A DNA stretch of 64,000 bases, taken from Negaprion brevirostris (taxonomy: Eukaryota). The translations under genes and the position numbers were made by a program. The stretch spans positions 12,423,605-12,487,604 of the forward strand of contig JARDVH010000115.1 of the NCBI GenBank assembly GCA_030324005.1, in the 5' to 3' direction. The notes under the pieces are model-generated. The model searched no databases. It was not told where the DNA came from and was given only the letters and a program-made list of their open reading frames with translations. Below, in pieces: positions 48,901-60,900 of this stretch (position 1 is the first letter of the stretch; every line of letters begins with the position of its first letter).

Positions 48901-51900
48901 ATCTTATTCATCCATTCAGAAAAAAAACTTTACATTTCTCCACTGTTGAATCTAATTGTTTTTTATTTGAATGATTTCAGGCTTTTTGCCTTTACCACCT
49001 GCTGCGAGTATCACTTTCAGTGAAGAGGTTCCTGATATCAGTCCTAAAATTTCCACCTACTGGCTTGAATCTGTCTTTGCTTTCCCCACTCCCAGATAAG
49101 CTTCTCTACAGTTTACTTCCATACATCGGGGAAACTGCACATGTCTGACGCTATCTTCCAGGCTGTCTGATTAAGGATGTTGAAGAGACCAGAACTGGAT
49201 GAAAGCAGGTATTTCATAGGGTTGTGGCCAGAGAAGGTTAGAGAAATGAGGGGTGTGGAGAGATTNNNNNNNNNNNNNNNNNNNNNNNNNNNNNNNNNNN
49301 NNTGTAGATCAGTGAGCACAGGGGTAACAAGTGAACCTTGACCCTGCTTAGTTGAAAGCAAACTCATTAAGAGTCACTAGCAGGCTGTTCATGCAGAGGG
49401 CCATCACAAGACTTAGAGCTCAGCTAGCTACCACTTATTTGAATCTCAAGCAGCCATTTGCACAAAAAAGTAGGTGCAAAGAACCAAAATTTTAAATGAT
49501 TCAAAAGCACAGCTCAGGCCAGCTAAAGCAGGCCAAGAACTGAATTTAGAATCTGTATGTCTCAGTATAGATGTTGTGATTGCCAAGTAAGTAAATCAAC
49601 AATTTGTATTCATATATTCCCTTTAACAATAATTCCCAAAGCATTTCATTGGGAAATCCAGTACAGCACCTGGATTCAATCTTGTACTCCCAAAGCTCAG
49701 CCCTTACCTGGTGCACAATACATATCCTCTATGGCTTTGGTGTTACACTGAACTTCAACTTCACTCCACTGACCAAAGTATGTGAGACAAATGTGACCTG
49801 TCAAGATTAAAAAAAACCAGTAGTTCTAGTCAATGACTTAACACAACAACCCCCATCCCAATATGACAAAGAGGCATCATTTGAGAAATACCAATGTAAA
49901 TCTTGCCTTCCCTTCTTTTCTCTCACCTGCATTATCCACAAGAATGTTTCTTGGGTTTAGATCCAGACATATAATTCCCTGCTGATGTAGACTTTCTAAA
50001 GCAAGAACCATCTCAGCTGCCCAGATTCTAATTTGATCCTCACACAGATCAAAGGCAGTTTGACTTGGGATAGACAGTTCTGCTTTTGGATGTTGGGGTG
50101 AAATAGATGAAGACTCCCCATCATCTACTTTGTCAGGAGTTGAAGACCTCAGAATCCTGTTAGAACAGCTTCCATTCTCACCTCTGCAAAGAGATGTTTT
50201 GTTCAATACAGTTTTGCAACTGCAATCCTCATCGTCACAGCAAGCTTTTGATACTGAAATCTGGTTCAAAGGTTTAAGCTGGTGGTCAATCTTATCAGGA
50301 TTCTCAACTTCAAAGTTCAATGCTTCCACTGCATTAGTTGAAATACCTTTCAATTTTAATGATTTTGTTGGAGGTTCAATTATAGGTAAAGGTATTAAAT
50401 GTGCATTGGGTTGCTGTACAGGGTTGAATACACTTACTGAAGTTTTCTGCTCTGATTGTCCCTTTCCCAAGACAGTGACAGCTATATTTCTTACAGGCAT
50501 GGCAGAAGATGATCCCATAAGGACTCGCTCAGAATTATCCATAGCACAGTTGACTTTGCTGTTCTCAATTGTATCCAAAGGATTTACTGTAATTTGATAT
50601 GAACCTTTTTTCCCTTGTCTCCTGCTAGCCTTCAAGTTCAAGCTGGTGGCTCTCACAGGGCTTCTAATTGGGGTAGATCCATGCCAAGATCCCTCATTGA
50701 CCAACAAAACTTTTTCTTTTGACAGATCCGAAGCTGCTTGGCTTTGGTGAGTTTTTGGTGACTTTGGGCTCATTGCGGTAGTGGAACTTTTGGTCTCTGA
50801 GAAACAATCATGGGGTCGTAAAATCTTACCCTCATAGAGAAGCTGACTGTTTTCACCTTGTAGGTCTTTTTGCATCAAACGGTCCACAGTTATGGTCATG
50901 GTGTGGTTCACAGTTTTATTACTGCTTTGAGCTAACTCAACATCCTTTTTTGAAAGCAGAGAGGGGAGGTCAAATTTTGCATCATCACTGTATATTAGCT
51001 GTGCCACCTGTAAACTTGTCCCCTCAACACTCTCCCTCAAGCCATTCAATGCTATGCAACCTTTTGAAATTCCATTATTTCCCTGCCAAAAGTTTGCCTT
51101 GTTCACACTTTCATTCTGTGTATTTAGTTGATCCATGTCATTTGCTTGGTTTGATGAATGATCATTCACAAGTTCTTGTTGTGCATCACTGATACCATCA
51201 GTACTGTACCCATATTTTTTGTCACATTTCCCTTTCGTACTGTTTTTGGTCTCTTTTTGCCAGTCCATCTTGCTGTTGGGTGTGAGTATGAAATTATCAT
51301 CACACATGGATGAGAGAGAGGGAGCAGTGTAGCTGTTCTTCAGTTTAATGGTCCTGTGGTGTGGACAGGAGCATTCTGGAAATTCCATGCCTTTTTCCAC
51401 AGTAGATGGATGGAAGTAGCGCAGCTGAGGCCAGAGCTTCCCTGCTGTAGGTTAAAGAGGAAAACAGTATTACACGTTGCACCAGACATAGGAAAACTTG
51501 CCAGAGATTTCTACAGTGGCTCTCCCAACATAAAGCAGTAAGCAAACCGTGTCCTAACTGTAGCTCAGTTGATAGCACTCTTTGGATTTAGAAGGTAGTG
51601 GGTTCAAGTACATATAAGAGACTTGAGCACAGAATTCAGGCTGATGTTCCAGTGCAATACTGCTCCACTGTCAGAGCAGTATTCTCTTGTGTATGTGAAG
51701 ATTCCATGATACAGGTTGGCTCAGGGCTGACACAAACACATTTGTGTTTGGCTCTATGTATCTTTCCAGGAATGATTGCCCCACCCCATTCATTCATTAC
51801 GTAGCAGGGGAATTTCGCAGCGACTTCATTGCAGAGTTAATGTAAGCCTTACTTGTGACTAATAAATAAACTTTAACTTCTACATTCATAAAGCAAGACA

Positions 51901-54900
51901 ATTAGTCACATCCACCCACTCCATGTGAGCAAACCTTGAATACCAAGCTTTGTGATTACTATGTTTTCCCTCAACAGGATCTAGGTTCTCATCACATACT
52001 CCAATAACTGTGATCTCCTCCTTCATGCTGGTCATTACCTGGTACATGCTCCAGGTGAAGGAAGACTGCATCATCACTGACATAATACTGTAGAAGTCGC
52101 ACCATAAATGGAACACCCTGTGGGATTATTGTCTGACGTTCACGGTTCACCAGGCTACATTTGGGCAGGCTCTATAAGAGGAGAAAGATGATGTTGTCGG
52201 ACTGGGTCAACTTGTATCGCATACAACCCATGCCTGAACTACTGGACAGCCAATTTATTCCCAAGTCTCTAAAACCAACTGTTGCATGAAAAGGCCTTGC
52301 AAATTCATTTTCTTTTTGTCTGCCACTTAGTGCTTTCCACTGTGGGAAATCATTATTCATNNNNNNNNNNNNNNNNNNNNNNNNNNNNNNNNNNNNNNNN
52401 NNNNNNNNNNNNNNNNNNNNNNNNNNNNNNNNNNNNNNNNNNNNNNNNNNNNNNNNNNNNNNNNNNNNNNNNNNNNNNNNNNNNNNNNNNNNNNNNNNNN
52501 NNNNNNNNNNNNNNNNNNCATACATCAGAAGTAACCAACTTCAAGCTCCTAAAGTGGGGTACGCTGGAGGATCCTGAACTATTTTCTGATCTTTTAAACA
52601 AGTTATTACTGGAAAACCTCTAACAATTCTAACTTCTCCCAATTCTGATTAAAGGTCTTTGATCAAAAATATTTGCTTTGTTTTTCACTCAACAGATGCT
52701 GCCAGACCTGGGAAATTCCAGCATTTTCTGTTTTTATTTGAGACTGCAATATATCGTGCGCAGGATTTCAAAATACCCAGTAACCGGACTGCACTTCCTC
52801 ATCAAAAATCAGGATTCTGGATTAGTGCCATTCAATAACAAACTTGCTTTATATGGCACTCTCAATATAATAAAGTGTTGCAATTATCCAACAAATTTTG
52901 ACATTGAATCACAGAAGATATTTGGATAGTTGACCAAAAAATTAGTCAGATATAGATTTTAAGGATTGTCATAAGAGGACGTAGAGACACAGGAATTCCC
53001 TCGCATAGCTCTCCCTAGTTTAGGGACGAAGCAACTGTAAGTACAGGCCAACAATAGAGCTTCACTGGAGAACACTGCAAAAGCTCACTGTCCTCTACTT
53101 CAGTGTCTAATAACTGATATTTCACGAAAGCAGTTCTCATCAATTTATAATTCAGATACCTACTTTAACAATGAAGGGTTCATTTGTGGATGGATTCTGC
53201 ACCAATAACACCTAAACAAAAAAATGGGCAGAAAACATTGTTTTACTTATTCTCTGAAGTGTCTCTGAAGTATTTCTTATCAGTAATAGTTCATTAGCTG
53301 GAAGAAACACAAAGCAAAGCCTACCAGAAAATCTTTCTTGAACAATGAAAAGCAGTGTAATCGTACAAGCAGTTCCACTTTAAATATTAGCCTTGAAAAC
53401 CTATGCTGAATTCACAGTTTAATTACAAGTGTCTCTTACTAAAAATCAATTATACGTTAGTAAACTAATGCTGTACGTTATGAGATAATTAAGGCAGAGG
53501 GAAGTGTGGGAAAGGTTACCTTGTCGATGATTGCTACAACCTTGGACATTTTGAGATCCTCTACAGGAGAGCTGAGAATTCTATTTGGTCGAAACCTCAA
53601 GCTACTGAAACCCTATAAATGATGGAAGGAAAGCAAGAGAGAGTTGATGCTGTTATTATAGAGTTAACTTTAAATATTGGGAAATAAGATAATTTGATAC
53701 ATTATGTGCAAAACGGTCCTGAGAATAATTGAAAGGACAGTGTAAAAGACACCATCTAAACCCATCCTAAATCTCTGTTGAATGTTGAATGCTGAGAACA
53801 ATGATTTGTCGCATATATTGGGATACAGTGAAAAGTAAAGTTTTGTTTGTGAGCTATGCAGACAAAGCATTCCATTCATAGAGTACATAGAGGAGGAAAT
53901 GATGGGTGCAGAATATAGTGTTGCAGTTATTGATAGGGCAAGGAGAAAGATCAGCTTAATATGCAATAGGGCCAAAGTCTGATGGCAGCAGGGAAGAAAC
54001 TTCTTGAGGCAAATCCATGAGTCAGAATTATTTTCTTTCCATGCTACTGACTGACATTATTTTCCTTGATTATGCAGGGTAGGTGCGGTGTATATTAGTG
54101 CATCTGTAAGATGCCATCTGTGCTGGAACTCCAAGCAGGCAGTCTGAAGTCTGAATGTGCACCATCATTGTAGTGATGATTTGTTTTCATTAACATATAT
54201 GTAATCTAAAGATCCATCACACATTTTCTGGCGAGAAACAGACATCATGAAAGATGTGCAGTTTTCTTCAACTTGCAAGTAGTGCAATGGTGTGTTGACA
54301 CAGTCACTCGAGTAAGTGGTGAAACTTGAAAACATCTGCCAAATGCTATTCAAATTTGTAGATACAAGTTAAGCAAATAATGCATGTTTATGTAGGAGAA
54401 AGAACATGGTTATAATTGTTAGTATAATTAAGCATAAATATTGTGCATGTTTATGTAGATGATGATGATGGTTATATATGTTGGATAAGAAAATGTTATT
54501 TAAAAAAAAATTGCTTTAAAAGTAAAGTTTTAGTAAAGTTAGTTCATTAGTCACAAGCAGGCTTACATTCAGTGTAATGAAGTTACTGAGAAAATCCCCT
54601 AGTCACCACACTCCTACACCAGTTCAAGTACACTGAGGAAAAATTTAGCACAGCCAATGCACCTCACCTACACATCTCTGGACTGTGGGGGGAGACTGGA
54701 GCAGCCAGAGGAAACCTGCGCAGACACAGGGAGAACGTGCAAACACTGCACAGACATTGACTCAAGCCAGGATTCGAACCCAGGTCCCTATGCTGTGAGG
54801 CAGCAGTGCTAAGTACTGTGCCACTGTGCTGCCCCTTGCTCATTTTTGTTAAATACCTGAACATTAGCACCCAGCTTTTTTTGAATATTAAAACCAGCAC

Positions 54901-57900
54901 CATCGAACATACTTTCTAGGACTAGCTAGTCTGGACATGGGCTAACTGAGGATACATTACATGGATGATACTAATCCTTAAACACCATAATACAAGTGCT
55001 ATTCACAGAGCAGTCAAAGCAATTTTGATATCTGCACAAGGACTACAGAAATGAGAAATCTCAGGAAAAAGGACCGACTTTGTCAGAGGGCCTCAGCCTG
55101 CTCACTACCCTGTGTGAATTTAGTACTGCAAAACTTAAAACACATCAATTGCCAGATTCTACGCAGCTTTTCGTACCCCAGAATCGTCGGTACCATTTCC
55201 TAAGCTTCCCTGTAAGTGAGAGTTGAATATTTCTTCGGCTCGCTTCAAATACTGGGTTGTTTTGCGTTTCACAGCTTCGCGACGCTCTTTGTTTGGATCA
55301 ACTGTAATTAAAAAAGCAGAACAATAAAAGTTGCTTGAGCCAGAATAGTCAGAGAATTAAGTTGAACAGTACACACACTTCATAGCAGATGCAATAGTTA
55401 ACCAACTACCAGGTCTCTGCCTACACTGGGAGAAACGTATAATATAAGACTGATTCTTTTCCACCATAGTACCCTGGCAAAAGTTATGAATGTGATCACA
55501 TGAATGTATAATTCAAGAACACAAGAAATATGAGGAGGGGCCTTTCAGCTTCTTAAGTCTTCTCCTCCATTCAGTATCATGGCTAATCTGTTGTGGTCCC
55601 AACTCCTCTTTCCTGTCTACCCACAATAACCCTTGGATTCCTTTGTTGATCAAAAATCGAACTGAGTCTTGAATATATTCAACAACCTCCACTGTTCGAG
55701 TTGCAGGTATAATAGGTACTATTCCTAATGAGAAGACTGTCCTGCAGGGAAATCAGAATGGCACAGATCTCAGTATTCTTTGCCACTACCAATACTGTCT
55801 CCATCAATTAAAGTCAACTGCACCCCTTCTTGCCAGCTCAGAGTGCGATGATTATTCTAAGCACTCACATACAGTGCAAGACAGAGAAACCATAAGATGC
55901 CAGCTCCGACAACCTGGCTAAAACATAATCAATGTCCAAACAACTCAATTTAGAGTGGCGTGACAGCTCGCCAACTCACACCAAGGTCATTGGCTACTTG
56001 AGGTGCCACCATACTACATAGAAAATAGTTCAGCCCATGATGTCTGTGAAAGCTGAAAAACCATGGTCAAACTTTACCCCACTCTTCTGTGGGATATGCG
56101 TGTGAAGTGCAATAACTTAATTTATTTTTAAAATGTGCTCAGAATTTCTGCTTCTGCCACTTCTTCAGGCAGTATGTTCCAGATTCCAACGATAATCTGG
56201 ATGGAAAAAAAACTCTGAATACCTTACCCAGCCTGCTGACAATTCTTTTAAGTCACTGTTCCAGGATATTCTCCACCTCCCATAAAGGGATGGGCCACTG
56301 GCAAAACCACCACGTTATTGCAGTGAAGCCATGTTGCGTAACTACATTATTGAGAAAGGTGAAACTCTGCAAGTGATATCCTGACCCTGGTAGATAATTA
56401 ATCTAGATTAAGTTCTGCTTCACCATGCAAACAATAACTACTCTCAACTATCTCATTATTTGTGCACTAAGTATTAATTCCGGATTTTCACGTTCGCTTG
56501 TTCCTGCTGAGTGTTATTTATCTATTGTCTGTCCTTGCCCTAAACCTATTCACTCTGTGGTGGGTTACAGATTCACAAGCAGCACACACCCAAGGACCTC
56601 AACCAAATAGTCCTCGTTTACCCATAAACCTTTTTTTAAATTAATTATTCTTAGGATATTGGCATTGCTGGCTAGGTCAGCATTTATTGCCCATCCCTGA
56701 TTGCCCCCGAACTGAGTGGCTTGCTAGACCATTTCCGACTGCATTTAAGAATTAAGCATATTGGATTTGGAAGGAAAGCTTAGAGTATGACAGCAAGCTA
56801 AGTAGATAGTAAGAGTTTCTATAAATATTTTAAAAATAAACAAGTTAAAAAAGTGTTTTAGAAACTTGAGCCTGAAGAACTGANNNNNNNNNNNNNNNNN
56901 NNNNNNNNNNNNNNNNNNNNNNNNNNNNNNNNNNNNNNNNNNNNNNNNNNNNNNNNNNNNNNNNNNNNNNNNNNNNNNNNNNNAGTATGACAGCCAGCTA
57001 AGTAGATAGTAAGAGTTTCTATCAATATTTTAAAAATAAACAAGTTAAAAAAGTGGTTTAGAAACGTGAGCCTGAAGAACTGATGTGGGCAGGGGGGGGG
57101 GGGAGTACTGAAATGGCACATTAATTGAACAGGTACTTTGCATCAGTTTTCACTATAGAGGATACAATTAACATTCCAGAATTAGCTATAAATCTTAAAA
57201 TGGAAGGGAGGAAGGAACTCAAGAGAATTACAATATCCAGGAAAGTAAATGGCATTGAGTAAATTGTTGGAGCTGTGGGTTGATAAGTGCCCAAGTCCTG
57301 ATGGACCTCATCATAGAATCTTTAAAGGAGCTAGTGGGATATTCGATGCATTGGTTTTAATTTTTTTGAAACTCCCAAGATTCAGGGAGGTGGCAAATGT
57401 AACTTCATTATTCAAAAAGGGAAGGAGACAAAAAGCTGGAAAGTATAGGCCAGTTAGTTTAACATCTGTCAGAGGGAAAATGTTACAAGCTATTATTAAA
57501 GAAGCTATATATGAGGACACTTGGAAAAATTCAAGATACATCAGGCAGAGTGAATATTATTTTGTGAAAGGGAAATAATTTTTAATCGCTTATTGGAGTT
57601 TTGAAGAAATAACATATGCTGTGAATAAAGGGGAACTAGTGCATCTACTGTACTTAGATTTCCAAAAGGCATTTTTATAAAGGGCCACCATCAATGGCTA
57701 TTGTGGAAAATAAAAGCTCATGGCTAGGGCAGTGGTTCCCAACTGGTGTGCCGTGAAGGCCCCAAAGTGTTGGCATGTGCCAGGAAGACTCATTCCTGAC
57801 TAGTGAATGTACAGATGGATTACCAATATAAAACAAACAATCTGAACCATTCAGGTGGTACATGTGTGGGAGACCCAAGATTTCTTGTGACCAGAAGAAG

Positions 57901-60900
57901 TGTTGAGCGTGGAGCTGAAGATAAAAGCACCATGTGGCTGCGTAAAAAGTGAAAACACAAAAACCCTGGGGGAAGTGAAGGAACTAAGGAGGGGGTAGCA
58001 AAACAAGAGAGAAGACAGGAAGAAAGAAAACAGTTTCCAGCAAGGAAGGAAGTCAAAGTTACAAAGCAGGAACAAATAAAGCTAATCAGAGAAAGGACTG
58101 AGGAGCAGAACTGAAGTGAGCTGGACTTGAGAGAAGCCCCAGTAGTCAAAGAANNNNNNNNNNNNNNNNNNNNNNNNNNNNNNNNNNGTAACTGCATGCT
58201 GCAGGGGGAACTAGGGCAAGGATACACCTTTGGAGTAGTTGAGAGCTTGGCATTGCCAATGACCTGAAATTGTGCTTGTAAATTGATGCTTCAGGATATT
58301 TATTGCATAGTGTGGCATGTTTGACCACAGTTTGCTATGGATAAGTTCTTGGAGAAGTGAAGAATCCCATTCTGATTCAGATTCAGATGTCGCTGAAAAT
58401 AATGGAACCTCAGGAGAAAAGTAAAATTCAATTGCAGGCAGTACAGTAATGGCTACTTGGCCTTAATGCCCAATTTGCAGGGAGGAGTTCGCAAATACTG
58501 CGGTTATCAAGTAAGTTGAAGCACTATTTCAATACAAAATACTTTTCCAGTAATGGCATATAGAACTTCAAAAGCTGTAGAGAATAAAACATGAAGAAAA
58601 ATCAATGTATGATGGAACATGTGCAGGTTTCAGATAACGCACAGGAGGCAAGTTACCTTGTGGCTGAGCTCAGTGAAATTGAAGAAACCACAGATTATTG
58701 CTGAAACTTTAATTCTGTCGGTATGCAGAAGTATTGAGGAAGTAATACTGGGAGCTGACGCTGTCCAGAAAATTGACAAAGTTCCTCTTTCTGATAGTAC
58801 AATCAAACAGCATATTGACAAAACGTCAGTTGATGTTGAACAGGTGCTTCAGGAGAAATTTGAAGTGAGTGGAAAATTGGCCCTGCGGATTGATGATTCC
58901 ACAAATAGTAGCCGATCCTTTCGGCTCTTAGCCAATGCCAGGTATGTAGCTGGGGATTCTATCAAAGAGAATTTCTTCTTTTGCAAAGAATTGCTTGATC
59001 GTGTGACCAGAGAGGAACTCTTTCATGCCACAATTCTTTTTCTGGAGGACAGAAAATCTTAACTAAACCAAGTGCAGTAGCATCTGCACTGAGAGCATCT
59101 TCCATGATGGGAAGAACCAAAGGATTCATGAGTAAGGTGAAAGAACAGAATCCTGACATCCAGGTGAGCCACTGTATCCTGCATCGTGAAACCCTTGTTG
59201 CCAAAACAATGCCAGCTGAGGTGATGGCCTAGTGCTATTATTGCGAGACTATTAATCAAGAAAATCAGTTAATGCTCTGGGGACCTGGGTTCGAATCTCA
59301 CCATAGCAGATGGTGGAATTTGAATTCAATAAAAAGTATCTGGAATTAAGAATTAATGATGACCACGAAATCATTGTTGATTGTCAAAAAAACCCACCTG
59401 GTTCATTAATGTCTTTTAGAAAAAGGGAAAGGAAATCTGCAATTCTTAAGCTGGAATGGACTATATGATCAATGTGGTTGACTCTCAGTTGCCCTCCATG
59501 GGCAACAAATGCTGGTTAGCCAATGACACCCATATCCCATGAATGAATAAAAACTGCAGGGTTGGACCAAATAGTGAAAATTGTGTGAAATTAAGTCCTT
59601 TGAAATTGCATTTGTTCTTATTTTGTGTGAAGAGATGGGAGTACCAGTGTTTATCCATCCACACATGACTGTCTCTGCGAAAAATCCTCTCTTGTGGTTA
59701 TAAGCTCCATAAAGCATTAAAAAGTGTTTTCCATCCTGCATGAATTGCTACATAAAGATTTAATGTGATGATTCTTGATGTGCTCAACTTGCACATCTTT
59801 CAGTACGTTCAGCATGTGAATGTTAAAATTATCTGACAGCCAGAGATAGATTTTAAAGCTTCAGATCAAAACTGGCCACTTGACAGGAAAAAGTAGCACA
59901 TGGGTCAATTGAGATAAAGTTTATTAGTCACAAGTAGGCTTACATTCACACTGGAACAAAGTCACTGAAAATCCGCTAGTCAGCGTCTAGATCGGGTACA
60001 CTGAGGGAGCATTTTGCATGGCCAATGCACCCAACTTGCACACCTTTGGACTGTGGGAGGAAACCCACGCTGGATGAGAGAGAATGTGCAAACTCCACAT
60101 ATATAGTGACCCAAGCTGGGAATTGAACCCGGGTTCCTGGCACTGAGAGGCTGCAGTGCTAACTACTGTGCCACCGTGCTGCTGGATGTTTAAGTCCTAC
60201 TGGCAAAACCATACTCAAACTTTTCACCAGACATCTGAAAACTCTACAAAAGAAGTTTGAATGTTACTTCCCCGGTCCATTTAGTTCGCTTTCTTTGAAT
60301 CAAAGAAATTGTCACTAAAGGACAAGAGGAATTCACAGAATTCAGGATGGATCATACACCAATTTGCTGAAATGCCTCTGGATACATTTGAGTTGCTTGC
60401 AGGACAACAGTATCCATCTATTTTAGATGGTGCTATTACAGTACTCGTACAATTTCCCACAACCCACACTTGTGAGTTGACTTTCTCAATACTGGCTTAC
60501 GTAAAGAAACAATGGAAGGAAGCACCTGTTAGGGCAGTAAGACCTGCAAATGCCCTGTTATCAGTTTCTCCTTGGATCAAGAGATTGCTCACAGAGGCAG
60601 GCCCAGGTGTCACATTAATGTTGTCAGTAAGATGCTGCTCACAGTATTTCTTTCAATATTGAACTTCCATGTTGAGAAATGCAGACTTAACAAAACTGGA
60701 AATATTTGAAATCTTTAATGAGAAACTTTTAAATTGTGCACATTTTCAATAAAAATGTATATTTGACATGTAACTGCTGATAAGACTGTCACTGTAATCT
60801 TCAAACTAATAAAAATCACATTAATGGTGGCTTGACTTTTTTAAAAAAAGGTTTTAGAGATACAAGGCTTTTGTTAGTGGGCAGCTTGGTTGGAGAAAAT

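Noticed and set aside
50130-50597. 155-aa + strand ORF
   Set aside because: Antisense shadow of the RPS6KL1 large exon; non-ATG start and no independent evidence.
56784-57083. 100-nt tandem duplication that looks like a repeat-spacer unit
   Set aside because: The two copies flank an exactly 100-N gap and lie in CR1-like sequence, which is typical of unmerged contig overlap. It is not CRISPR and probably not a real duplication.
58619-60662. Possible domesticated ZBED5/ZBED8-like gene
   Set aside because: Multiple stops and frameshifts, two SINE insertions and retained TIRs show a transposon fossil.
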